Below the pieces are notes generated by a model. It worked only from the letters and a program-made list of their open reading frames with translations. It was not told where the DNA came from and did not search any database. The position numbers and the translations under genes were made by a program. A stretch of 64,000 nt of DNA from Lama guanicoe (lineage: Eukaryota): the NCBI GenBank assembly GCA_013239625.1, contig MU054049.1, forward strand, positions 819,015 to 883,014. The letters are read 5' to 3'. Positions 53,270 through 64,000 of this stretch are shown here, piece by piece. The first letter of the stretch is position 1; each line of letters starts with the position of its first letter.

Positions 53270-55170
53270 CTAATATAGTACTATTTCATGTAAAATGCAA
53301 AAAGCTTGCGATAGCATGTTTCCATGTACTCCCTCATCTTTTGTGTGGTTGTTTTCATATATGTTCCATCTATGACTGTATGAACTGGAGATGGTATAAA
53401 CTCCAGTTCAGAGAAGTACAGCATGACACTTTTTGCTTTAAACAGTTACAGTCTTTTAAAGAAATAAGACAAAGCACATAGTTTATATTTGACCACATAT
53501 TAGCCATTAATTGTGCCCTTCTTTCCTTTCCTCCTTTTCTTAGATCTGTGTTCTCAGCCTCAAAAACATCCTTTAGAATTTCTTGTAGTGCAAGTCTTCT
53601 GAATGATTTCGGCTGTCTTTAATCTGGAAATAATTTTATTTCATCTCATATTTTTAAGGATATTTGGGTTAACATTTTCTTTCTTTTAGCATGTTAGAGA
53701 TCTCTTTCCATTGGCTTAGGACTTCCATTGTTTCTGATAAAACTTCTGCCTAATTTTGTTTTTGTTCCCTAATTTGTAATTTCTTCTCTCTGGCTGTTTT
53801 TAAGATAATTACATATTTTTAAAATTTTTAGGAGCTTGACTGTGATGTGCCTAAGTGTAGTTTTCTATCCATCTTGTCCTTCTTGGACTTTACGAAGCTC
53901 ACTGTATCTGCAATTTACTGATTTTCAACAAACTTTGCAAGTTTCAAACATTTTTTTTTTCAATATTTTTTACTCTTCTCTTCTCTTTCTCTTTTTGTAT
54001 TTTTTCCCTCTCTGGGACTCCAGTTATTCATATATTATACCATTTAATATTCTCTCAAAGGCAACTGAGTGTGTGTCTTTGTCTTGCCTTTTTTCTCTCT
54101 GCCCTTCAGGTTGAATAATTTCTGTTGATCAATCTTCAAGTTCACTAACGATTTTTTTTTGAATTTGCAGTCATCGATCTGCTGTTGGTCTATCAGTAAA
54201 ATTTTCATTTTAGATATGCTTTTCACTTTACATCCAAATATTATATTTTCTATTTACTTCCTAAAATTCCCCCCTTTTGATTATTATGGCTATCTTTTCT
54301 TTTAAGTCCTTGAATATATTTCTAATAGCTGTTTTACAGAACTGGTGTGATAATTCCAACATCTGCTTATCTTGGGGTCTGTTTCTATTGATAGTTATTT
54401 TTCTTCTTATGGGTCACATTTTTTCTGTTCCTTCAGATTTCTACTAATTTTAGTTTTATGCTGGATGTCATATTAAAGGGATGTAGCATTATGCTTTCTT
54501 CCTTCAAAAGATGATGAGTTCTTTCCTGTTGACAATTGAATTACCAGAATATCCTTTTGATTCTGCCAGGCTGGCTTTTATTCTTTGTTAGGGCTCTTCT
54601 ATTCCAAGCTTGAACTTGTTCTAGTTCTTGGCTCCTACTCTAGGCTGCAGTTCTTATTTCTCAGATTTGGCATTTCCAGAGTTTAGGATGAAATTCCAAG
54701 ATGCTCAGCGATGTCTCTCCACTCTGGATGGTGTGGAACGTCAACATTCCTAACATTGCCCAGTCTCTATCACTCCATCCAGTTCTCAGCCTTGGAGCAG
54801 GTGATCTCTGCTAGGTCTCTTGGGGTCTTACCCCATGCACATACAGGCAGTCCTTCACCAAGGACAGACACAGTGAATTCCCACAAAACATACTCTTTCA
54901 TGCCACTGCCCTGAAAATTCTAACCCCTTAGGAAGCCTGGAACTCTCTGACTTAAACCTTTTTTGTTCAAGGATATTACTGCCCTTGTGGGGGTCCACCT
55001 CCCTGTACCACAGCAGGAAAGCACCCCTAAGAAGAAAGCCAGAGCAACTGTGGGGCTCACCTTGTGGTCTTATGCCTCCGGCTGTTGAATACCTGAAAAC
55101 AGTTGTCTCATATCTTACCCTATTTTAGAATTGCTTTCAGTGGGAGCTTATCTCCTGTCGTAACTGGAAG
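53270..55170 (-). mobile_element. Old antisense L1 (ORF1 and 5' region)
   Basis: ORF1-like antisense sequence aataatttctgttgatcaatcttcaagttcacta...; ORF 54044-54226 resembles ORF1 coiled coil. Confidence 0.7.
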
Positions 55171-55912
55171 CACAAGCATAATTGCTATTTTTTGATATTT
55201 TTTAAAAATCACAGAATCTCACATTTCCCCTCAACAGAAATACACGTTTACATGAGCAGTTCACAGTTGTTCTGGTTGCTTTGATGTCTTAGCATGGGCA
55301 ACTCTTTCAGTAATGATAATAACAACTCACAGTGGTACAGTCATTTTTAATATTTAAAAATCCTCTCGTAAATATTGCTTGATTTGTTCCTTACAACATT
55401 GCATTAGTCTTAGCCTACAAATAAGACCCAGACTTAAAGATAACTCCTTCAGTGTAGTAATGAGAATTTCAACCCAGATTTTCAACCTAAGAGCCCAGAC
55501 TCTCCTAACCTACATTTTAGTCAACAAAAGCAGGTATCTCCTTAGGGAAGAGTCTTACATCAGATGCTGAGAAAATTAACATATTTCGCCATAATGGCAC
55601 GCACTATAGCATAACAGCTCTTGAATATAGTATAACCATGGATCTTAATTTGTTGCTTTGAAAAAATGGAGCCCACTGTGGCTTGACAGGGTGATACCTG
55701 TGTTGCTGTACCCACCTGCTGCACATCTCAGGATGACCTGTGGTGCCTTCCTCTGCAGAGCCCCTCCAGTTTCCATTCTAGCTTCCTTTCTACCCATGGC
55801 CAATGGAATGAGACATGAGAACTTGAAAAGGGATGTTGGTACCTCTGACTCACGTTGGGGAGTGGGCGTGGGGTTGACATGAGTATGTGACTAGATCTTA
55901 ATCTGGGCAGGT

Positions 55913-56314
55913 CTCCTAGTTCAAAAAAGTACAGTGTGACACTTTTGGCTTTAAACAGTTGCAATCTTTTAAAGACATTAAGACAAGAAAAATTATATAG
56001 TTTATATTGGCTCACATATTAGCCATTAATAGTACTCTCTTTTCCTTAGATCTGTGTTTCCTTCCGGTCTTTTCCCATTAGCCTCAAAAACACCCTTTAG
56101 AATTTCTTGTAGTGCATATCTTCTGGAGATGAATGATTTCAGCTGTCATGTATCTGGAAATAACTTTATTTCATCTCATTTTTTAAGAGTAATTGGGTTA
56201 ACAATTTTTTTCTTTTAGCATGTTAGAGATCTCTTTCCATTGTATTAGGACTTCCATGGTCTCTGAGAAAACTTCTGCCTAATTTTGTTTTTGTTCCCCA
56301 ATATATAATTTCTT
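55913..56314 (+). repeat. Diverged direct copy of 53401-53785
   Basis: Colinear blocks, e.g. cacatattagccattaat, ctttagaatttcttgtagtgca, ttttagcatgttagagatctctttccattg, aaaacttctgcctaattttgtttttgttcc. Confidence 0.85.
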
Positions 56315-58559
56315 AGGTGATGAGCTAGCTTGAAGCATCAGGCATTCATGTTAATCACTGCTCTTCCTCATGTGACACAGGGAGCTATTGTGTTTGAATG
56401 GACATGCTGGCTGATCCTACATGGATGATGCTTTGGATAGAGGATATGAAACAATTCAACCTAGTAAACCCAAAGAAATATGAAGCTTGATACTGAATTC
56501 CAGAGAACTTTATTTCATTACTTTAGCTTTTCTTTTAACATCACTTTGATATTACCCACTCTTGGCCATCTGATTTTAAAAGACTCCCTTGATCAGTGGT
56601 ACAAGTTAGGTCTGAGGATGGAGGAGGAAGAAATCCAGATGGGAAGCTCCCCTCTGGACCCAGAAGCTCAGGGAAGAAGATGATGAAGCCATGCAGTGTC
56701 CATGGATGTATTTAGACACACCTCTAGTTAAATTCACCCAAACACCATCATTATCTTTATTTTACCAAAGGCTCAGAGAGAAGGGTGGGACCCAGGAAAG
56801 GAGGCAAAGTCCAGCCCAATAGCACGGGGATGAACTCTGCATCCACTCTTATTAGCTTTCCCTCTTTCTCCTTGGCCCCCACCCAGCACCGCCTGACTGT
56901 GCTGCCCTAAGCGGCCTTTCTACGGGGCCCAGGTCACCCACTAGAACTCAGGCAGCCCTGCTGATGGCCGGGAAGTGGGCAGAATCAGGCAACTGCAGAC
57001 TCTCCACTTCTGCTTTCTCCAGGAAGTGAGCAGACACCCAGCTCAAGTGATTCATAGTGAAACGCTGTTAAAGACTGAAGGTTCTGGGCTGGGTCCTCTT
57101 CCCCTGAGCTGGAGGGGTTGTGGCTGGGGATGGGGGCTCCCATGCCATCCAAAGTCTGCTGGCCCTGACTGACACACTCCAGGTAGGTCACTTTGCTCTT
57201 GGCCACACCAAGCCAGGCCAGAAATGAGCATGGGGGTCCCATCTTCCAGGGTAGGCCGACTGGCCACCTCCTGGAGAGCTGAGCTTGGGAGTCCATGTGA
57301 GCACCAGTGCCTGATCTGGGTTCGTGGATGTGGGAGAGGAGGTAAGATGAGGAGCAGGAAGCATGTGCAGGGCCACTCCAGTGTCTGGGTCTGCCGGGGT
57401 GTCTGTCTGTCCCTGTTGGGTTGTGCCAAGCCAGGGCAGGCTCAAGCACTGTACCTCTTCCTTAGGTCAAGCCTGTTCTCAGGGTTCTGCTAAGAAAAGT
57501 AACCTGTCCCACCTAGGAGAGGCTGGACCTGGGCCTGTCTGTGCCCATTGTCCAGGGATGGAGAGAGGGGGTTGGCTGTGAGATTCCCCTGCCCAGCCCC
57601 CACGTGGCGGGGGCCACTTCCGACGGGTCACCAAGAGAGCTGGTTCTGTCCTGGCCCTGTGGTCATTCCTGGGGGGGCTGGTAAGTAAGTGCCCCCTGAG
57701 GGCCTCCCATTCCTCATCTGAATTATCACATCAAACTTGAGAAATGTCAATATTTTCTGCATCAGCAGGACCACCTGGCTTGAGAATGAGCTCTTCTTTC
57801 CCCACCTAAAATTGCACCGTGTAGAACGCTGCCCCAGTCCTTTGGGCCAACCTCTCTGAAGCGGGAGGAACTGATCTGGCAACTAAGAATTTCATGTATT
57901 ACCGTTTCCAGGGAAAGTTTCCATTTTAATTTGATTTTCTGCATAGTCATCCTTTGAAGTGTTCAAGGAATATTTATTGAGAGACCGTTCCTGCCAGGTG
58001 CTGTTTGAGACAGTAGGGTCAGTGGACAGGGTGGGTGGTGCTTGGTGCCATGGGTGCCAGAGGGTTGGAGCTCAGAGGGCAGGGAGCAGGGGTCAGGAGG
58101 CCCCAGAAGGCACATGCCTTCTAAGTGGAGACCTGAAGGAAGGGAAGGCCTGAGCTGTGTCCATTTCTGAGAAGCGTTCTTTGAGGGGCGGATCTGAGGA
58201 GGCCAAGGTGCAGAGGAGGAGGCCAGAGTGGCAGACCAGGAGGAGGAGGGTGCCAGGTGACCCGACCAGAGAGTGGTGGGGTGGGGTCAGGTCTGGGAGG
58301 GTCTTCCTGTGCAGTGTGAGGACCTGCGCTGTAGCCCCTCAGACTTGGGAAGCTTTGAAATGTTGAGTGGACAGAAAACAGGACTTGAAGAACATATATA
58401 CGTATAAGGAATGAAAATGGCATGAGCCCTGTGTGTGCAGCCACCTTAGTGTTTTTTTTTTTACAGATTATCAGCATCATTGAAGTTGTCTATGTGCTTG
58501 TCTCCTTCTTTGGAGAAAATGGTTGTCCTGAATTTTGGGCCTACTTGTTCCTGTATAGT

Positions 58560-61160
58560 TCGACCTTGTCTATTTAAACGGCTAAATATGTGTTTTTTGG
58601 TTTTGCATGGTTTTGAGCTTTGTAAATAGGAATTAAATATTCTTTTAAGACTTGCTTAATTTGCTCAGAATTATGTTTCTGAAATTCCTTCATATTGTTG
58701 CATGTGCTTTGAATTCATTCATGTTTATGGCTGTATAGTATTCTGTTACATGAATATACCTATGTGTACTCCTCCAATATACTGCCAGTGGGCACTTGAG
58801 ATATTTCTACTTTTTTTTTTTTTGTATTATAAGGTGCCAGGTGCTGCTGGCACTTGCAAGTGCTGCCAGGACTCTCCTTGTACCTATATCCTGGGGCATG
58901 TGTGCAAGAATTTCCTATGGTATAAACCCAAGAAGTAGGATTGGTGGGTTGTAGGGTATACAAATCTTTAGCCTTCCTGGATGATCTCAAAACTTTTTCC
59001 AAACCAGATGTACCACTTTACCCACCCATCAGCATATGTAAAAGTTTCCGTGGCACCGCATCTTCACCAACATTTGATACTGTTGGAGTTTTGATTTTTA
59101 CCAGTTCCGTGAAAATGAAAAGCCATCTATGTTTTGAATCTGCATTTCCTGAATTACTAAGGTTGGACGTCTTTTTATATGCTCATTGACCATTCTAAAT
59201 TCTTTCTCCTGGTCAAACATTTTTTTTCTCTATGAAGGCATTTGTCTTTTATCCTGTTGGTTTTCTGTAATTCAGTACGTATTTGGATGTTAATTCTTTG
59301 TTATTTATGTATGTTGTAAATATTTTTCTCTTGTTTCTGCCTTGTCTCCTTATGGTCCTTGTGATTTCTATTAGTGATTGAATTTCTTAATTTCAAATAA
59401 GCTTAATTTATCCATACGTTCCTTTATGATATGTACGTGTTATGCATTGTCTGAGAGATTCTCCTCTACCCTAATTTCATAAAATTATTCTCTTACATGA
59501 TTAAAATTTTAAAAATAATTTGCCTTCCATATTTAAGTCTTTAGTCCTACCTAGAAATGATTTTTCTGTGTGGTGTGAGATAAGGGGGTAATATTTTATT
59601 TTATTTTATTTTTCCTATATGGATAACCAAGAGTCTTCACTCCATGAATCAAAAAGGGCATTTTTCAGCCACTAATCTACAACAGCTCTGTTGTAAATCA
59701 AGTTGTCATGTATAGTGGGTCTGTTCCTGGGCTGTCTCTTTTGTCAGTTTGTTTATCTCTTTGCCAACACTAAATAATATATTTTTTAGCATTTTTATTG
59801 ATTTCTAATCATTTTACAATGTTGTGTCAAATTCCAGTGTAGAACACAATTTTTCAGTTATACATGAACATATATATATTCATTGTCACATTTTTTTCTC
59901 TGTGAGCTACCATAAGATCTTGGATATATTTCCCTGTGCTATACAGCATAATCTTGTTTATCTATTCTACAATTTTGAAATCCCAGTCTATCTCTTCCCA
60001 CCCCCTACCCTACCCCCTTGGCAACCACAAGTTCATATTCTATGTCTGTGAGTCTATTTCTGTTTTGTATTTATGCTTTGTTTGGTTTTTTTAAGAGTCC
60101 ACATATGAGCAATCTCATATGGTATTTTTCTTTCTCTTTCTGGCTTACTTCACTTAGAATGACATTCCCTAGGAGCATCCATGTTGCTGCAAATGGCGTT
60201 ATGTTGTCAGTGTTTATGGTTGAGTAGTATTTCATTGTATAAATATACCACTCCTTCTTTATCCAGTCATCTGTTAATGGACATTTAGGCTGTTTCCATG
60301 TCTTGGCTATTGTAAATAGTGCTGCTATGAACATTGGGGTGCAGGTGTCATCCCGAAGTAGGGTTCCTTCTGGATATATGCCCAGGAGCGGGATTCCTGG
60401 GTCATATGGTAAGTCTATTTCTAGTCTTTTGAGGAATCTCCATACTGTTTTCCACTGTGGCTGCACCAAACTGCATTCCCACCAGCAGTGTAGGAGGGTT
60501 CCCTTTTCTCCACAGCCTCTCCAGCATTTGTCATTTGTGGATTTTTGAATGATGGCCATTCTGACTGGTGTGAGGTGATACCTCATTGTAGTTTTGATTT
60601 GAATTTCTCTGATAATTAGTGATATTGAGCATTTTTTCATGTGCCTCTTGGGTATTTGTATTTCTTCCTTGGAGAATTGCTTGTTTAGGTCTTCTGCCCA
60701 TTTTTTGATTGGGTTGTTTATTTTTTTCTTACTGAGTTGTATGAGCTGCTTATATACCAACACTAAATAATATTATTAACTAGGGGCTTATAATAAAATT
60801 TGAAATCTGGAAAGAATCTCCTCTTTTTTTTTATTCTTTCATTCTGTCTTGATAGTCTTGGTTCTTTCTTCCTTTACATGAATTTCAGAATCAGCTTATC
60901 AGATTCAACAAGAAAGTTATGTTCAGATTTTATAGCAAATATAATTTGGAGAAAAGTGATACCTTTATGAAAACGATTCCTCCAGTTCATGAACATGGTT
61001 TGTCTCCTTATTTATATAGGTCTTCCTTAAAGTATTCAAATAAAATTTTATAATTTTCTTTATTAAATTTGTGCATATTTTGCCTAGATTTATTCCTAAA
61101 TGGCTTATATTTTGATATTATTGCAATTATTTTAAAAAATACGTTTTTTTGACCCTTGCT
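58560..61160 (-). mobile_element. Old antisense L1 (ORF2 3' part and 3' UTR) hosting the young L1
   Basis: ccactttacccacccatcagcatatgtaaaagttt...catgaatttcagaatcagcttatc; continues on both sides of the 17-bp TSD. Confidence 0.75.
59781..60756 (-). mobile_element. Young 5'-truncated LINE-1 (ORF2 C-terminus plus 3' UTR) with 17-bp TSD
   Basis: Uninterrupted ORF2 C-terminal frame (ORF 60071-60763) including the CCHC motif [18 protein letters not shown]. Perfect TSD ccaacactaaataatat at 59764-59780 and 60757-60773. Inserted into an older antisense L1. Confidence 0.95.
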
Positions 61161-61638
61161 GATGTATGCTCCCATTTTAAAGAAAAATCACTTTCTATGG
61201 GTAACAAACAAAGAAGAAAGACTATCAGTTAAGAGGCTGTTGTAATGGGTCCAGGCTAGAGGTAGTGATGGCTTGCCCCGAAGTCATAGTAGTAGAGATA
61301 ATGAGAGGTGGTCAGAGTGGTGAGATTCAGGGTGTTTTTTGAGAGGCATTTGATAATAATCTAAGTATAGGATATAGGAGAGAGAGGTTCAAGATGACTC
61401 CAGAGCAACAGGAGAATGGAACTGTCATTTACTGAGCTGGGTCCCCTGAGCTGGGTCAAGGGTAGAAAAAGCATATTTACAAGGTGGTGATCATCCAGAA
61501 TATTGGTTTGAACATACATGAAGGTGGAGATGCCTATAGAATATCAAATAGAGGAAAGAATTCTTGGCACTCTCTGCTCACAAGTGGCCTTCATGGTAGA
61601 CAAGTAAGGCAGCTTGGCCCCTTGGGTTGGGGAGGGAG

Positions 61639-62395
61639 TGCTGTCAAACCCAAGCCAGACCCACAGTGAGGCCAAATAAACCAAAATGTTGGAGTCCGGA
61701 GCAGAGAAAGGTGTGTTAATCGAGGAGGTGCCAACTTGGCAGATGGGAGATCTAGACTCGTCTCAAATGCTTCTTGCTGCTGGCCAGGACGCAAGGTTTT
61801 TAAAGGCAAAAAGGGTAAAGGGGAGAGGGTCCAAAGGATGCATGATCAGCTTGTGGACCTAATTGGGATTGGTTAGTAGTGGAGTGATGTTTTGGGAATC
61901 TCAATCATCAACCGTCTGGTTCCAGCCAGTCTGGGGTCTATGTGCTATGATCAGCATGCAGTCATCATCCTCCACCCGTGTGGGGATCTTAGTTTCTGCA
62001 GAACGACCCAGAGATACGCATCAGATTGTTACTCTATATCCCTTCAAGAGGAACAGAGTCCTGTGACTCTACTGTCCTGACTGTTAACTGCTTGAGCCCG
62101 CTCTTTGGAACTCAAAGAAGGCGAAGGAGACTAAAACCTTTTACCCCCTATAAATAAGACATGAGAGACACGGAGGGTGTGTTTTGCTGTTGTTGTTGTT
62201 GTTGTTGCTGTTGTTGTCTTAACCCAGGAAGACCCTGCAGGATCCTGCTTGGATTCAATCCCCCCTTTCTTTCGTTACTGCTCACTCCTGAGGGGAACAG
62301 GTGTGGGACAAGAAAGGGAATAAAGTTTTAGATATAGAGAGGTCATTCATAATAAATTCCACAGAGGAACTCAGTTTTAGGGGGACTCGGTTTCA
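61639..62395 (-). mobile_element. Solo ERV1-type LTR
   Basis: TG...CA termini with 4-bp TSD GGAG (61635-61638, 62396-62399); contains an internal (GTT)n tract at ~62185-62217. Confidence 0.75.
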
Positions 62396-62629
62396 GGAGG
62401 GGAGATAGTTTGTGCAGGAAGGGAAGGGGGAAGATGTGCTCTTCAGAGTTCCTTGAGCTACACTTCAGAGCTCACATCCACTTTATTTACAACTAGGGCT
62501 TTGCTTTTGTTGTCTCCCTACAAGGGCTGCAAACCATCAAAATGCACCTGAACTTGCATCCAAAATTATGTCTCCAGGCCACAAGTCTTAAGTCCTTTGC
62601 ACCTGGTAAATGCTTAAGTCTCAAATTCC

Positions 62630-62968
62630 AGACCTGTGTTATCCAATGCAATAGCCTGCAGCCATCCCTGGAAAGTAGCCAGTCTGAACTGAGATGTCCT
62701 GTAAGTTGTAAAATGCACATCAGATTTCAAAGATATTAACAATAAAAGACATGTCAAAGATCTCACCTCATTAATACTGAAAATACTGATTACCTATTGA
62801 AATGAAAATATCTTGGATATATTGGGTTAAATAAAATATATTTAAAATCTAGTTACATAAATAGATTTAATGAATATAACCTATGTATTTTTACTTTTTA
62901 AAATGTGGCTGCATCCAAATTTAAAATTACATATGTGGCTTGTTTTATATTTCTGCTGGGCAACACTC
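62630..62968 (+). mobile_element. MER33 (hAT-Charlie)
   Basis: tcttggatatattgggttaaataaaatata...aaatgtggctg...aaattacatatgtggct. Confidence 0.75.
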
Positions 62969-64000
62969 TTCAGAGAAATGATACTTCTGGTTCCAGAGCT
63001 AAAGCTATCATGGGGCATATGGTTCCAGAAGGACGGGAAATAGAGAAGTAAAAAGCCACTTGTCCCAAACAATTCCAAGAAGAAAGACATATGGAGGGTA
63101 AGAAGAATGGACTTAGTATTTACAATAAGCCAGACACTGGGTAGGAGGGCACTGGTATTTACAATCCTATTTAATCCCCTCAGTGAGATCAGTTTCATCT
63201 CTCCGATTTTACAGATGAGAAAAATGGAGGCTCAAAGAGATAAGGTCCTCTGCCCTCAGACATTAAGTGCCTTGGCTGGGATTTGAGCCTAGTTCCATCT
63301 GATGTTAAAGCCTGCGTGCTTTGCATTAGGAACACTGCCACCAAAACTTGAGGAAACACTTCTGGAGGGGAATAGTCAACATTTGGCAAAAGTGTGAAAA
63401 CTGCTCTTCCTTGTTGGCCAATGGTTAATCCTTCTTCTGAGAATTCATCTTCATAGATAATTCACCACAAATAAAAAGATGGTGCAGGAATTCCTTTCTC
63501 TCAGCATTACCCATGACAACGTGAAGACACCCTGAGCATCCCATTGTTAGGGAGTAAAAGAGGCAATTATGGACTACTGACCAAGAGGATGCTTCTTGGT
63601 CACTAAATCTGATAATTTAAGGAAAAGAGCAACATACACTATATTTATGGCATGATGATGGACGATTAATATATTAGTACTTTATACATCAATTAAAAGT
63701 AAAATATGCTTGGGTGTGAAAAGTAGTATGCAAAAAAAAAAGAGCAGGAAACACTTGTTGGTTTTTGTATTTTCAATATAATAGTAAGACAATTGCCCAA
63801 GTAGCACTCCAATAGCAGCTTTAAAGGATATGCACAAAATATAAAGAGATATACAGTAAAAGATTGAAAAAAGATATGCACATAAAAAGAAACTGTGTTC
63901 TGGAGTGATCAGAGCATATCAGAAGTGAATAATGTTGAAACACGCTACAGTAAGCCCACAGGGCTTTCCCCTGGTCTCTGATTGTGGACCAGATGATACT

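Noticed and set aside
60071..60763. 230-aa ORF as a functional gene
   Set aside because: It is the 5'-truncated L1 ORF2 C-terminus; the start codon comes from the flanking TSD and there is no promoter, endonuclease or RT domain.

Overview
Mammalian non-coding genomic DNA, most likely from a camelid: it carries a tRNA-Ala-like SINE of the Vic-1 type and young L1 3' ends. I found no intact cellular protein-coding gene; the ORF track is almost entirely chance ORFs or L1 remnants. The one clearly gene-derived sequence is a disabled, intronless ~720-bp internal fragment of EML5 (HELP motif plus WD40 region, 21376-22095, +). A degenerate stretch at ~47.7-48.6 kb (-) reads like gag-knuckle/protease/integrase motifs of an ancient Gmr1-type Gypsy element (tentative). 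A large part of the window is interspersed repeats: old and young L1, L2, MIR, MaLR/ERVL/ERV1 LTRs, hAT and Tigger elements, often nested. Other features are a CpG-rich region at ~34.9-36.25 kb with CTCF-like motifs, an RFX X-box, and several local templated duplications or insertions. I cannot support a novel biological system. The best leads are unusual retrotransposition and repair footprints and candidate regulatory architecture. Repeat family names come from recall of consensus sequences, not a search, and boundaries are approximate unless a TSD is quoted.
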